DNA of 64,000 bases from Candidatus Oxydemutatoraceae bacterium (GCA_965220085.1 CBDCOZ010000003.1:1088001-1152000); one strand, 5' to 3'. Shown: positions 9,472 to 21,200, numbered from the stretch's first letter. Notes: a model not told the origin generated them from the letters alone. Numbers and translations are program-made.

Positions 9472-12172
9472 TGTGCTGGAGGAGTTGATGATATCCGACG
9501 GCGATACGGATGCCGCGACGATATCGGAGGCGGCGACCGTCGGTTCCACGCTAACGGGCGTGGCCTTGACAGTCTCGGTGGAGGAAGGAGGAACGATTCC
9601 GGATTTAGCCTGGAGATTGTCGCGCAATCCGAACGAAGCGTTCGCAATAGCCTCGACCAATGGCGCGATTACGTTGGCACAAGCGGGCGTATTGGATTTT
9701 GAGACGGCTCCGAGCATAGACCTAGAGGTCGTAGCGAAACCGCTGAATATAAGGACCGAAGTGCCGGAGTCAGACCCATTCACAATCACGGTGACGGTGA
9801 CGAATGCCTTGGAGACGCTGACCGTCGCAGACAGCAATACCGACGACAATACAATCGCCGAGAACGCGGCGACGGGCACCGCGGTAGCGGGTATCACTTT
9901 GATCGCGAGCGAAGGCAACACTGCCGTGACCGGAGTGGACTGGAGTTTGGCGAGCACCCCAACCGGTCTGTTCGCGATAGATGGCGACGGCGTAATCCGC
10001 TTGGTTGCCGGCGGCAGTTTGGATTTTGAGACCTCGCCGACCGCCGCAGTGATGGTGCGAGCCGAAAAAGACGGAATCACTTCGCCGGCGGTTGAACTGA
10101 CGATAGCGGTTGAGGACGCGCCGGAGATCTTGACGATTAACAGGCCGGATACCTTGGCGATTATGGATAGCGACCCTGCCGCCAACACCATCGCCGAGAA
10201 CGCGGCGACCGGCACGACGGTGACCGGCATCACCCTGCAAGCCCGCGATGAAGCGGGCGCTACGGTGAGTGTTGCGATCTGGAGCGTAGTAAGTACCCCG
10301 ACCGATCTGTTTACGATAGATGCCGGCGGCGCTGTCAGGCTGACCGCCTCAAACACCTTGAATTACGAGATATCCACGAGCCACACGATAGAAGTGCGGG
10401 CTACGGCTGACGGCATACAGTCCGACGCATTGTCCCTGATTATCCTGGTGACCGACTTTGATGAGACGATTGTTCCGCCGACCGTAAGCGACACCGACCC
10501 CGCCTTAAACACGATCGCCGAGAACAGTGCGACGGGCACGGCGGTTTCGGGGTTGCGGTTGTCGGTAACAGAGATGGGCGCGGCGCCGTTTGGCGACGTG
10601 ATTTGGGGTTTGGATGATCCGACCGACACCTTCGGGATTGGCGCTGTCAGCGCCGAGATCGGTTTGCTCGCGAGCGGTGCGCTGGATTACGCAAGTACGC
10701 GAACCTATTCCGTAACAGTGACGGCAACGCTGGACGGGGCAGAATTGCCCTCGCTGACACTGACGATAAACGTTTTGAATGACATAGAGAATGTTCGGGT
10801 TCAAGATGACGACCCGTCGCCGAACCGGGTTCTTGAGAACGCGCCGATTGATACGCCGATATCGGGCCTGTCGCTGGCGGCGTATGAAATGCCCGCTTCC
10901 GGCGGGTCTGTCGAGTTGGAACAAGTGACATGGAGCTTGGCGGATAATGCCGATTTTGACCCGTACACGGGCGGCGTATTTGCGATCGATGCCGCCAGCG
11001 GCGAATTAACTTTGGCCGTTGCGGCGGATTACGAAACATCATCGCAACATTCTGTGTGGGCGGTCGCCGCCGTAACGCATCCCATAACGGGCGATGTGTT
11101 GCGCGGCGGCGAGCGCTTTGAAATACGGGTTGTCAACATACCGGAGACGTTGACGATTATGGATGGCGACCCCGCCGCGAACACCATCGCCGAGAATGCG
11201 GCGACCGACACGGCGGTGACCGGCATCGCCTTGCAAGCAAGCGAAGGCGATCTGCCTCTGACTGGCGGCATAGACTTTATATGGGGGCTGAGCGATGCCG
11301 CGGGCGGTCTGTTCGCGATTGACCCCGATAGCGGCGTAGTCACGGTGGCGGGCGCATTGAATTTTGAGACCGCGCCGACGCATACGATAATCGCACAGGC
11401 ATCAACCGGCACGGTCAGCGACACGATAGAACTGACCATCGACGTAACGGATGTTGATGATGTCCCGCCGCCGCAGCTTGTCTACACGGCGACGATAGCG
11501 GAGGACGCAACGACGGGCACGGCGGTAGCGGGTGTGACACTGACGGCACAGGTTGCCGACGGCACAGCCGCAGGCAGCGCCGTGAGATGGTACCTGCTCG
11601 ACTCAAACGACCCCGACTTGTTCGCAATAAGTCGCGCCACCGGCGTCATCACTTTGGTTGCGAGCGGCATGCTGGACTACGAGACCGCGCGCCGCCATCG
11701 CGTAATGGTAACCGCCGTAGCCGACGGTTACGAGTCCGTCACAGCGCCGCTGATGATACGCGTGACCAATGTGCTGGAGAGATTGACGATTACAAACAGC
11801 GGCAGCGGTGCGATAGAAATTGCCGAGAATGCGCCGACCGGCACGGTGGCGCTGGCGGCCACGGATCTGACGGTGCGCGATGAGGGCAATCGCGCGGTCA
11901 GCGGAGTAATCTGGAGCGTAGCGAGCGCCCCGACCGGTTTGTTTGCGATTGACCCCGCTAACGGCGAGGTGACGGTGGCGGGCGCGATGGATTACGAGGC
12001 ATCAACCGGCCACACGGTAATCGTGCGGGCGACAAAAGACGCTGTGGTATCCAATGACCTGAGTCTGACAATAGAGGTTTTGAACGACCCGACTGATGAC
12101 GGTGGCACCGGGCCGTCCGACCCGGTGCTCAGACTCCGCCTGCGCCTATTCCTGGAGGGCCCGTTACGATGA
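7826..12172 (+). CDS. C-terminal part of the giant cadherin-repeat protein, ending in LRLRLRLFLEGPLR
   Basis: Same 245-aa repeat unit as the upstream ORF; many cadherin motifs; no signal peptide; a 4-nt loss (gacattagacgaa to gacgacgaa) near 7800 explains the frame change. Confidence 0.85.
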   Translation: MPKLRIVADTATIAENATTGTEVDWTTKLDATTHSVIVTAVTAAGYQSATATLTINVTNALEKLTIANSGNGVIEIAEGAPTGTAVPGINLVATDENDEPVTDLIWRLTDSAGDLFAIASDTGVISVNRALIFEMSTSHSITAQASSQTVVSDALTLEINVLSAEACAALTPAQFFNGTACVDFAVCVEPATLDETENTCTVPKLRIVADTATIAENATTGTEVAGIDLTATDEGGNTVSSATWSLTDSNEPALFAIATDTGAITLIASDRLDHETTPTHSVIVTAEADGYQSATATLTINVTNALEKLTIANSGNGVIEIAEGAPTGTAVPGINLVATDENDEPVTDLIWRLTDSAGDLFAIASDTGVISVNRALIFEMSTSHSITAQASSQTVVSDALTLEINVLSAEACAALTPAQFFNGTACVDFAVCVEPATLDETENTCTVPKLRIVADTATIAENATTGTEVAGIDLTATDEGGNTVSSATWSLTDSNEPALFAIATDTGAITLIASDRLDHETTPTHSVTVTAAAAGYQSATATLTINVTNVLEELMISDGDTDAATISEAATVGSTLTGVALTVSVEEGGTIPDLAWRLSRNPNEAFAIASTNGAITLAQAGVLDFETAPSIDLEVVAKPLNIRTEVPESDPFTITVTVTNALETLTVADSNTDDNTIAENAATGTAVAGITLIASEGNTAVTGVDWSLASTPTGLFAIDGDGVIRLVAGGSLDFETSPTAAVMVRAEKDGITSPAVELTIAVEDAPEILTINRPDTLAIMDSDPAANTIAENAATGTTVTGITLQARDEAGATVSVAIWSVVSTPTDLFTIDAGGAVRLTASNTLNYEISTSHTIEVRATADGIQSDALSLIILVTDFDETIVPPTVSDTDPALNTIAENSATGTAVSGLRLSVTEMGAAPFGDVIWGLDDPTDTFGIGAVSAEIGLLASGALDYASTRTYSVTVTATLDGAELPSLTLTINVLNDIENVRVQDDDPSPNRVLENAPIDTPISGLSLAAYEMPASGGSVELEQVTWSLADNADFDPYTGGVFAIDAASGELTLAVAADYETSSQHSVWAVAAVTHPITGDVLRGGERFEIRVVNIPETLTIMDGDPAANTIAENAATDTAVTGIALQASEGDLPLTGGIDFIWGLSDAAGGLFAIDPDSGVVTVAGALNFETAPTHTIIAQASTGTVSDTIELTIDVTDVDDVPPPQLVYTATIAEDATTGTAVAGVTLTAQVADGTAAGSAVRWYLLDSNDPDLFAISRATGVITLVASGMLDYETARRHRVMVTAVADGYESVTAPLMIRVTNVLERLTITNSGSGAIEIAENAPTGTVALAATDLTVRDEGNRAVSGVIWSVASAPTGLFAIDPANGEVTVAGAMDYEASTGHTVIVRATKDAVVSNDLSLTIEVLNDPTDDGGTGPSDPVLRLRLRLFLEGPLR

Positions 12173-12340
12173 ACCTAAGCCGTTCCCTCCGAGCCGATGG
12201 TATGTTACGCCACAAACAATTGAGCATTGTTCGCGCACCCATTAAGAAGCCACGAGGGGAGAGCAATCACGTTATTCGCTTTCGTGCAAAGCCCCCGCGA
12301 AAGGAGTGGCAAAGGGGCGGACAGCGCGCCATCGCGCGAC
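12173..12340 (+). repeat. Conserved post-stop element (copy 1) with imperfect CACAAACAA-n7-TTGTTxG palindrome
   Basis: Aligns by eye with 22813-22965, 24133-24300 and 27740-27840. Confidence 0.75.
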
Positions 12341-12650
12341 TGATTGCCGAAACCTTTCTCGGCAAGACAGACCCGGCGCTCATGGACAACGGCTCCGAGT
12401 TCTGCGGCGCGTTTGATCGCTGCCCGCAACAAGCTCTCCGCCGCCGCCGCACCTATCCCTAATGCCCGAAAATGAAGGCTCAAGGAATGTTTTAACCGCG
12501 CGCTTCGGGAATGGTTTGCAGAGTTTGAAGAGGGTTTGTTGCTGACCGATATGCGGACATTTAATGATTGTCGATAGGCCATCTGTTATGGTTTGATACT
12601 CAACGACCGCGCTATAGACTGAAATTTCAAGCGCTTACGACACACAATAT
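12335..12650 (+). pseudogene. Degenerate DDE integrase-core transposase remnant (IS481/IS3-like)
   Basis: Broken translation MDNGSEFCGAFD...RTYP*CPKM...ECFNRALREWF...LWFDTQRPR resembles the rve motifs DNGSEF / SPxxN / ERFNRTL / YNxxRPH. Confidence 0.7.
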
Positions 12651-12684
12651 TTGCCTCAGGCATCCGATATGTCATGGCATCAAA

Positions 12685-12875
12685 GGGAATTATATGCCTG
12701 TGTATGCAAAACATCCTATCAGTCCGCAATCCTAAAATTGACTCCAGCCATTTCACTGCTTTGTGCTCTGTTTCATCTTATGCAGTTCAAATAATCCGAT
12801 TGTCTTTGCCTTTCTCTTTGTCATTGAAATACCCCTGTTTAATGGTCTAATTGCATACACAGGCATATAATTCCC
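12685..12875. mobile_element. 191-bp MITE, IS1595-family derived
   Basis: Perfect 25-bp terminal inverted repeats GGGAATTATATGCCTGTGTATGCAA (12685-12709 and 12851-12875); 8-bp target duplication GCATCAAA (12677-12684 and 12876-12883); minus-strand interior has an RBS and MTKRKAKTIGLFELHK...AVKWLESI, like an IS1595 transposase N-terminus. Confidence 0.85.
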
Positions 12876-12924
12876 GCATCAAACACATTTCCCGACATTT
12901 TAGTATAATGGGAGACATTTTAAT

Positions 12925-15900
12925 TTGATCACAAAGATCTGCGGAGATCGCCAGTTGCATATGATAATTAAGTCCCGCTTTACAAGGCGTCTGCTTCCAT
13001 CCCTGCCATTCAAACGGTCGTTCACAACAACGTCACTTGCCTTAGCCTTTGTCGTTTTGCTATTCCATGCATCCGCTACGGCACAGGCTCCGATAGATTA
13101 TGACATCGACGACGACGGTCTGATAGGAATCACGACATTGGAACAGCTCAACGCGGTCCGGTTTGATCTTCTTGACAGTGATGGGATACCTACCTCCGAC
13201 GCGCCGGCATACAGGGAAGCATTCCCGAACGCCCTTGTCGGCATGGGTTGCCCGGACATTTGCGGCGGCTATGAATTGCTGAATGATTTGGACTTTGACG
13301 ATGCCGCCGACTACGCCTCGGGCACAGTGAACACGGACTGGACGAGCGGCAGCGGCTGGGAGCCGATTGGCAGATTTGGCATAACCCTTGCCAGTGTATT
13401 CAACGGCAACGGTCATACCATCTACAATCTGCATATCAACCGTTCCGCGGATTTTCAGGGTCTGTTTGGCACCGTCGGCAAGGATGCTCTGATAACAAAT
13501 GTCGGCGTCACCGGTTCGGTCAATGCGGGCGGGTATTCGCGTGTCGGCGGACTGGTCAGCGGCATTGATAAAAGCGCGATAGAAAGCAGTTATTCCGCGG
13601 TAGCGGTTGAGGGCGGAGCGTATTCCGGTTCTTTGCTTGGCTTTATGACGGATTCCGCGGCCGTTGCTTCGTCTGTGCGCCGGAGCTATGTCACCGGCTC
13701 CGTATACGCCGGCGCCGACTCTGGCGGTCTGCTCGGGCAGGACTTTCATAGTCAAGCGCAAGGCACGATTGAGCATACTTATGCGACCGGTTATGTGGAC
13801 TTGACCCGTACCGGCAGCCATGCAAGAGGCGGCGGCCTGATAGGCAATCTGGGCAATATGGCGCTCCGCTACAGCTATGCCACCGGTCTGATTCATCCGG
13901 GCAGTCAATCAGGCGGCGGTCTGGGCGGCGTCGTTGATGCTACCCATGTGGCTATCAATGTCTATGCTGCGGCTACCGCTGTCTATTGGGATAGCGAGAC
14001 TTCGGCCAAGACCAATGCGCTCGGAAGAGGCGCGCTCGCCGGCATTAGCGCCAAGACCACCGCCGAGTTGCAAGCGCCGACGACCTATACCGGCATCTAC
14101 GCCGACTGGGACGCAGCCGATGCCGCCGGTGATGCGACCGACTACTGGGACTTCGGCGCCGCGAACCAATACCCGGCGCTGAAGATTGACTTTAACAACG
14201 ATGACATCGCGAGCTGGCAAGAATTTGGCTATCAGTTGCGCGAAGGCCCGACAGTGACGACAACCGACACCTCCGTGCCGGGAACTTTGAGTTGGAGAGC
14301 GCCGGACACCTCGCACTGGGATGACCCGCCGCCGGTTACGTATAACATCTATCGCGACGGTATACTCTTGAGCCTTGCCGCCGATGCCATCACCGAGACC
14401 GTTGATGCGGACGGCGAGGTTACCTATTCCTATGCCGATGCGAGTCTGCTCCCCGACACGGTTTATACCTATCACATCGCCGCAGTCGTCAACGGCGGCG
14501 AGCCAAGTCGTTCCAGTCCGTTTGTCAGACGACCGGAGGCTAAGAACATGCCGGATGCATTGACGGTTGTCGATAGCAATGCCGCCGCCAATACCATCGC
14601 CGAGAACGCAACATCCGGCACGGCGGTGACTGGCATCGCCCTGCAAGCGAGAGAAGGCGGCCTGCCTCTGACCGATGGCGCGGGTCTCACATGGACGCTG
14701 ATCGACAATGCCGGCGGTCTGTTTGCGATTGCCACCGACACCGGTGTGGTCACGGCGGCGGGCGCATTGAATTACGAGATGGCTATGAGGCACACGATAA
14801 CGGCGCAGGCTTCAACCGGCGCTGTCGCCGGCGCCCTGACTCTGGCGATAACGGTTGAGAATGTGGCGGAGAGTTTGACGGTTGCGGATGACGATCCGAG
14901 CGCGAACCGCATCGCCGAGAATTCCATAGCCGGCACGGCGGTGACCGGCATCGCCCTGCAAGCGAGAGAAGGCGACCTGCTTCTGACCGGCGGCAAAGAC
15001 TTTCTCTGGATGTTGATCGACAATGCCAACGGTCTGTTTAAGATTGCCACCGACACCGGTGTGGTCACGGCGGCGGGCGCACTGAATTACGAGACGGCTA
15101 TGAGGCACACGATAACGGCGCAGGCTTCAACCGGCGCTGTCGTCAGCGCCCTGACTCTGGCGATAACGGTTGAGAATGTGGCGGAGAGTTTGACGGTTGC
15201 GGATGACGATCCGAGCGCGAACCGCATCGCCGAGAATTCCGCAGCCGGCACGGCGGTGACCGGCATCGCCCTGCAAGCGAGAGAAGGCGACCTGCTTCTG
15301 ACCGGCGGCAAAGACTTTCTCTGGATGTTGATCGACAATGCCGGCGGTCTGTTTAAGATTGCCACCGACACCGGTGTGGTCACGGCGGCGGGCGCATTGG
15401 ATTACGAGACGACTATGAGGCACACGATAACGGCGCAGGCTTCGACCGGCGCTGTCGTCAGCGCCCTGACTCTGGCGATAACGGTTGAGAATGCGCCGGA
15501 GAGTCTGATGATTGCGGATGACGATCCGAGCGCGAACCGCATCGCCGAGAATGCGGTGGCGAATATGCCGGTAACCGGAATCGCCTTGGAAGCCCGCGAC
15601 GAAGCGGGCGTTGCGGTGAGCGCCGTGACTTGGAGCGTAGCGAGCGCATCGAGCGATTTATTTGTGATTAACCCCGATAGCGGCGAGGTGACCGTGGCGG
15701 GCGCCTTGGATTACGAGACATCCATGAGTCACACGATAGAGGTGCGGGGCGAGGCGGACGGCATGCTGCCAGGCGCATTGTCGCTGACCATTACGGTGAC
15801 CGACTTTGACGAGACGATTATCCCGCCGACCGTGACCGACGCCGACCCCGCCGTCAACACCATCGCCGAGAACAGCACGGACACGGCAGTCGCCGGGATA

Positions 15901-17787
15901 ATGCTGGCGGTGATGCGAGGCGGCGCCCAGCTAAGCGACATCACATGGATACTGACCGACGATGCCGACGACCTGTTCGTGATTGCCACCGACACCGGCG
16001 TCATCAAAACCGCGACCGATCGCGCGCCGGATTACGAAGCGGCTGTGAGACATGACGTGACGGCGGTCGCCATCGCCTCCGACGGCAGCATCGTCGCACT
16101 CGATCTGACGATAGATGTGCGGAATGTGCCGGAGAGCCTGACGATTGCGGATAACGATCCGAGCGCGAACCGCATCGCCGAGAATTCCGCAGTCGGCGCG
16201 GCGGTGACCGGCATCGATCTGCAAGCGCGCGAAGATGAGCTGCTTCTGGCCGACGGCGCGGGTTTCATGTGGGAGCTGACCGATACCGCCGGCGGTCTGT
16301 TCGCGATTGCCACCGACACCGGTGTGGTCACGGTGGCGGGCGCATTGGATTACGAGAGTACGCCGACCCATAGCATAACCGCGCGGGCTGTGGCGGGCGC
16401 TGTGGTGTCTGATGCCTTGGCGCTGATGATTGCTGTCTTGGATGCGCCGGATGCATTGACGATTGCGGATAGCGATTCGAGCGCGAACCGCATCGCCGAG
16501 AATTCCGCAGTCGGCGCGGCGGTGACCGGCATCGCGCTGCAAGCGCGCGACGAGGACGACAATGAGGCAAGCGGGGTGACCTGGAGCGTAACGAGCGCCT
16601 CGGGCGATTTATTTGTGATTAACCCCGATAGCGGCGAGGTGACCGTGGCGGGCGCGCTGGATTACGAGAGTGCGCCGACCCATGACGTGACGGTGCGGGC
16701 TGCTGCGGGCACCGTGGTATCCGATGACTTGGCGCTGACGATACGCGTTTTGAATGTGCCGGAGACGCTGATAGTGGCAAACAGCGGCAGCGGCGCGGAG
16801 ATTGCCGAGGATGCGCGGGTCGGCACAGAGGTGCCGGGCATCGCCCTGACCGCAAGAGAAGGCGGAGTGCGTCTGGTCGGCGGCAAAGACTTCCTCTGGG
16901 ATCTGAGCTACAATGCCGGCGGCCTGTTTGCGATTGACCCCGATAGCGGCGCGGTCACGGTGGCAGGCGCATTGAATTTTGAGACCGCGCAGACGCATAC
17001 GATCATCGCGCGGGCATCAACCGGGACGGTCAGCGGCGCGATAGGGCTGACCATCGTCGTAACGGATGTTGATGATGTCCCGCCGCCGCAACAGGTTGCC
17101 TACACGGCGACGATAGCGGAGGACGCAACGACGGGCACGGCGGTAGCGGGCGTGACGCTGACGGCACAGGTTGCCGGCGGCGCTGCCGTAGGCAGCGCCG
17201 TGAGGTGGTATCTGGCCGACTCAAACAATCCCGACTTGTTCGCGATAAGCCGCGCTACCGGCATCATCACTTTGGCTGCGAGCGACAGGCTGGACTACGA
17301 GACCGCGCCCCGCCATCGCGTAATGATAACCGCCGCCGCCGACGGTTATGAGTCCGTCACAGAGCCCCTGATGATACGCGTGACCAATGTATTGGAGAGC
17401 TTGGCGATTGCCGATAGCGATGCCATGACCAATACGGTTGCGGAGAATGCGGCGGTCGGCACGACGGTGACCGGCATCACGCTGACGGTGCGCGACGAGG
17501 CCAATCGCGCGGTAAACGGGGTGATCTGGAGCGTAGCGAGCACATCGAGCGATTTATTTGTGATCAACCCCGATAGCGGCGAGGTGACCGTGGCGGGCGC
17601 GCTGGATTATGAGGCTTCCTCCAACCACTTGGTAATCGCGCGGGCCGCAAAAGACGCCGTGGTATCCAATGACCTGAAGCTGACAATAGAGGTTTTGAAC
17701 GACCCGAATGATGACGATGGCGCCGGGCCGTTTGAACCGGCGCTCAGACTCCGCCTGCGGCTGTTCCTGGAAGGCCCGTTGCGATAA
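12925..17787 (+). CDS. Secreted adhesin-like protein: signal peptide, one GLUG/FN3 module, about 10 cadherin-like repeats, C-terminal LRLRLRLFLEGPLR (start may be ATG 12961)
   Basis: 1620-aa ORF; signal-like SLALAFVVLLFHASATA-Q; DYDIDDDGLI module; repeated IAEN..FAI..LDYE. Confidence 0.9.
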   Translation: MITKICGDRQLHMIIKSRFTRRLLPSLPFKRSFTTTSLALAFVVLLFHASATAQAPIDYDIDDDGLIGITTLEQLNAVRFDLLDSDGIPTSDAPAYREAFPNALVGMGCPDICGGYELLNDLDFDDAADYASGTVNTDWTSGSGWEPIGRFGITLASVFNGNGHTIYNLHINRSADFQGLFGTVGKDALITNVGVTGSVNAGGYSRVGGLVSGIDKSAIESSYSAVAVEGGAYSGSLLGFMTDSAAVASSVRRSYVTGSVYAGADSGGLLGQDFHSQAQGTIEHTYATGYVDLTRTGSHARGGGLIGNLGNMALRYSYATGLIHPGSQSGGGLGGVVDATHVAINVYAAATAVYWDSETSAKTNALGRGALAGISAKTTAELQAPTTYTGIYADWDAADAAGDATDYWDFGAANQYPALKIDFNNDDIASWQEFGYQLREGPTVTTTDTSVPGTLSWRAPDTSHWDDPPPVTYNIYRDGILLSLAADAITETVDADGEVTYSYADASLLPDTVYTYHIAAVVNGGEPSRSSPFVRRPEAKNMPDALTVVDSNAAANTIAENATSGTAVTGIALQAREGGLPLTDGAGLTWTLIDNAGGLFAIATDTGVVTAAGALNYEMAMRHTITAQASTGAVAGALTLAITVENVAESLTVADDDPSANRIAENSIAGTAVTGIALQAREGDLLLTGGKDFLWMLIDNANGLFKIATDTGVVTAAGALNYETAMRHTITAQASTGAVVSALTLAITVENVAESLTVADDDPSANRIAENSAAGTAVTGIALQAREGDLLLTGGKDFLWMLIDNAGGLFKIATDTGVVTAAGALDYETTMRHTITAQASTGAVVSALTLAITVENAPESLMIADDDPSANRIAENAVANMPVTGIALEARDEAGVAVSAVTWSVASASSDLFVINPDSGEVTVAGALDYETSMSHTIEVRGEADGMLPGALSLTITVTDFDETIIPPTVTDADPAVNTIAENSTDTAVAGIMLAVMRGGAQLSDITWILTDDADDLFVIATDTGVIKTATDRAPDYEAAVRHDVTAVAIASDGSIVALDLTIDVRNVPESLTIADNDPSANRIAENSAVGAAVTGIDLQAREDELLLADGAGFMWELTDTAGGLFAIATDTGVVTVAGALDYESTPTHSITARAVAGAVVSDALALMIAVLDAPDALTIADSDSSANRIAENSAVGAAVTGIALQARDEDDNEASGVTWSVTSASGDLFVINPDSGEVTVAGALDYESAPTHDVTVRAAAGTVVSDDLALTIRVLNVPETLIVANSGSGAEIAEDARVGTEVPGIALTAREGGVRLVGGKDFLWDLSYNAGGLFAIDPDSGAVTVAGALNFETAQTHTIIARASTGTVSGAIGLTIVVTDVDDVPPPQQVAYTATIAEDATTGTAVAGVTLTAQVAGGAAVGSAVRWYLADSNNPDLFAISRATGIITLAASDRLDYETAPRHRVMITAAADGYESVTEPLMIRVTNVLESLAIADSDAMTNTVAENAAVGTTVTGITLTVRDEANRAVNGVIWSVASTSSDLFVINPDSGEVTVAGALDYEASSNHLVIARAAKDAVVSNDLKLTIEVLNDPNDDDGAGPFEPALRLRLRLFLEGPLR
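14590..15550 (+). repeat. 315-bp (105 aa) tandem cadherin-domain repeat, about 3 copies
   Basis: Near-identical units offset by 315 bp (e.g. 14772 vs 15087). Confidence 0.85.
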
Positions 17788-18264
17788 GCCTAAGTTCCCG
17801 TGCTCCCGCCCCTTTTATTGTTCCCTTCGCGAGGGCATTGGCTTGCCCGCTCATTTTACGATCTTACAATCGTGGCGCGCCGAACGGCTTCCCTTGTCCC
17901 GCCCCGCGCGCCATCGCGCGACCGGTTGCCGATGCGCCCGAAGATGCGCCGGGCGCGCGACCCCGCGTCGTCACGGCGCGCCGCAATGCAAGCCCTGTCT
18001 TGGCAAGGGTTTCAAGGCCGCGCATCCCGGGCATTGCCATGGATACCGCGCGACGGTTTATTCAAGGCCGGGGCCGCTATCTGCTTGCCGCCGCGGATTT
18101 GCATAACCGGTTTGGTTTTGCTATCGCCGCCTATCGCGGCAATCGCGCCGCCGTTGCCTTCTTGCTTTTGACACTGCGCCACGGTGTTGTTAGTATGCGC
18201 TGAGTTTTGCGAGGGTCGGAATATGAAGTCGCCGACATTTGACATATGAAACTGTCTTGTACGG

Positions 18265-21200
18265 ATGGAACTTGAGCGACACATTGCAAATCGTATGCCT
18301 CGCGCAACCGCTTCTTTCCTTCGCCTGTTGCCGAAAGCGAGCGCGCTTGTTTTGGCGCTCGCGGTCTTGCTCTTCCGCGCATCCGCCATGGCACAGCAGG
18401 CGGACTATGACAGCGACAACAACAACCTGATAGACATCACGACAGCGGAGCAACTCAACGCGATGCGCTACGACCTTGACGGCGACGGGATGCCCGGCGC
18501 CGGCACGCAGACATACGCGGAGGCGTTTGTCAATGCCGTTGACGGCATGGGTTGCGCGTCCGATTGCATCGGTTATGAGTTGCTGAATGATCTGGACTTT
18601 GACGATGCTGCCGACTATGCCTCGGGCACAGTGAACGCGGACTGGACGAGCGGCGCGGGCTGGGCGCCGATTGGCAGCCTTGGCAAAAACTTTGCCGCCG
18701 TATTCAACGGCAACGGTCATGCCGTCCGCAACCTGCGTATCAGCCGCGCCGCGCACTTCCAGAGCCTGTTTGGCATCGTCGGCGAAGATGCTCTGATTAC
18801 AAATGTCGGCGTCACCGGATCGGTCAATGCGCGCGGTTTTTGGTTTGCGGGCGGACTGGTCGGCGGCGTTGATAAAAGCGCGATAGAAAACAGTTATTCC
18901 GCGGTGGCGGTCGAGGGCGGGGCGCAGTCCGGCTCTCTGCTCGGCTATGCCACGGATGCTTCGGCTGTGCGCCGCAGCTATGCCACCGGCGCCGTATACG
19001 CCGACTCCGAATCGGGCGGTCTGCTCGGGCGAGACTTTGACAGCCAAGCGCATGGCACGGTTGAGCACACTTATGCGACCGGCTATGTGGACGTGACCCG
19101 TGGCGGCGGCCTGATAGGCGTTCTGGGCAATGTGGCGCTCCGCTACGGCTATGCCACCGGTCTGATTCACCCGGGCAACCAATCGAGCGGCGGTCTGGGC
19201 GGCAGCGTTGAGGCGGGCGCCGTGGCTGCCGCTGTCTATTGGGATAGCGAGACCTCGGCCAAGACCAATGCGTTCGGGGAAGGCGCGCTCGCCGGCGTGA
19301 GCGGCAAGACCGCCGCCGAATTGCAAGCGCCGACGTCCTATGCCGGCATCTATGCCGACTGGAACGCGACCGATGCCGACGGCAATGCGACCGACTACTG
19401 GGACTTCGGCAACGCGAACCAATACCCGGCGCTAAAGATTGACTTTGACAACGACGGCACGGCGAGTTGGCAGGAGTTCGGCTATCAGTTGCGCGAAGGC
19501 CCGCGCCTGCGCGAAGGCCTGCAGCGCGTGACACGAGACAGGATTGCCTTTGACCTGAGATGGAGCGCGCCGGACACCTCGCACTGGGACAATCCGCCGC
19601 AGATCGACTACCGCATCTACCGTGACGGCGCGGCCTTGGACATCGGAGCCGATGACATCGCCGAGACCCGCGCTGCGAACGGCGAGATTGTCTATTCCTA
19701 TGCCGATGCGGGTCTGCTCGCAGACACTGTTTATGCCTATCACATCGCCGCGGTCGTGGGCGGCGGCGAGCCGAGCCGCAGCGCGACCGCGTTTGAAGTT
19801 GATTACGACAGAGACGACGACGGTCTGATAGAGATTACGACACTGGAACAACTCAGCGCAATCCGCTGGGACTTGGACGGCGACGGGAAGCCCGACGAAA
19901 GTGCGCGGGAATACGCGCAAGCCTTCCCCGGCATCACGGACAGCGCGGGTTGCCCGGACACCTGCAACGGCTACGAATTGCGCCGCGATCTGGACTTTGA
20001 CGATGCCGCCAGCTACGCTTCGGGATCGGTGAACACGGCATGGACGAGCGGCGTCGGTTGGTTGCCGATTGGCACCGTTTTCACGGAGAGCTTCGCGGCG
20101 ACTTTCAACGGCAACGGTCATGCCATTTACAACCTGTATGTCAATAGCGCCGAACGTTACCGAAGCTTGTTCGGCGTCGTTAACGGCGTGATATCAAACA
20201 TCGGCGTCACCGGTTCGGTCTCATCCACAGGCTCCTTTATCGGCGGCTTGGCGGGTGTGCTGGCCGGTTTTGGCATGATAGAAAAATCCTACTCGGCGGT
20301 ATCGGTGGAAGCCGACGCATCGGGCGGTTCCTTGGCGGGTTGGGTTTCCGCTAGCACGGTGCGACTGAGTTATGCGAGCGGTGTTGTCAACGCCTCTGCG
20401 AGCGCCGGCGGCTTGCTGGGCCATATTTTCCTCACATCTGCCCACCGCGCAGAAATAGAGCATGTCTATGCGACCGGTTTTGTCAATGCAACGGGCGACG
20501 ACAATTCTGTCGGCGGTTTGCTTGGCTTTCCGGGGCAGGCGCGCCTGAAATACGCTTATGCCACCGCCTTGGTTGCCCCCTCGGGCGGCGGTTTGAGCGG
20601 CGACGATACCGATGATTTTTCGGCGACAGCGGCATATTGGGATATCGAGGCATCGGACCGGGCTACCGCAACTCCGTCGGCGGCCATAGATGGCGTTGAG
20701 GGCAAGGCCACCGCCAAACTACAGGCGCCGACGGCCTATGCCGGCATCTACGCCGACTGGGACGAGGGCAACGCCGCCGATTACTGGGACTTCGGCGCCG
20801 CGAACCAATACCCGGCGTTGAATATTGACTTTGACAACGACGGCATGGCGAGTTGGCAAGAATTCGGCTATCAGTTACGCGAAGGCCCGGCAGTGGCGAC
20901 AACCGACACATCCGCGGGAGTTTTGAGTTGGAGCGCGCCGGATACCTCGCACTGGCCGCGCGACCCGCCGTCTGTCGGCTACGCCATCTATCGCAACGGT
21001 GCGCCCTTGCGCCTTGCCGCCGATGCCATCGCCAAGACCGCCGATGCCAACGGCGATGTTGTCTACTCCTATGTTGACCCGGATGCATCCGCCGACAGCG
21101 CTTATCGCTACCACATTGCCGCAACCGTCAACGGCGGCGAGGCGAGTCGTTCCGGCGCGTCTGATGCGCCGGAGAGCCTGACGATTGCGGATAGCAATGA

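Noticed and set aside
12169-12462. 97-aa ORF as a functional gene
   Set aside because: It reads through the post-stop repeat into a broken transposase fragment.
17708-18203. Overlapping short ORFs between adhesins 2 and 3
   Set aside because: GC-rich intergenic DNA containing a decayed repeat copy; no convincing protein features or RBS.
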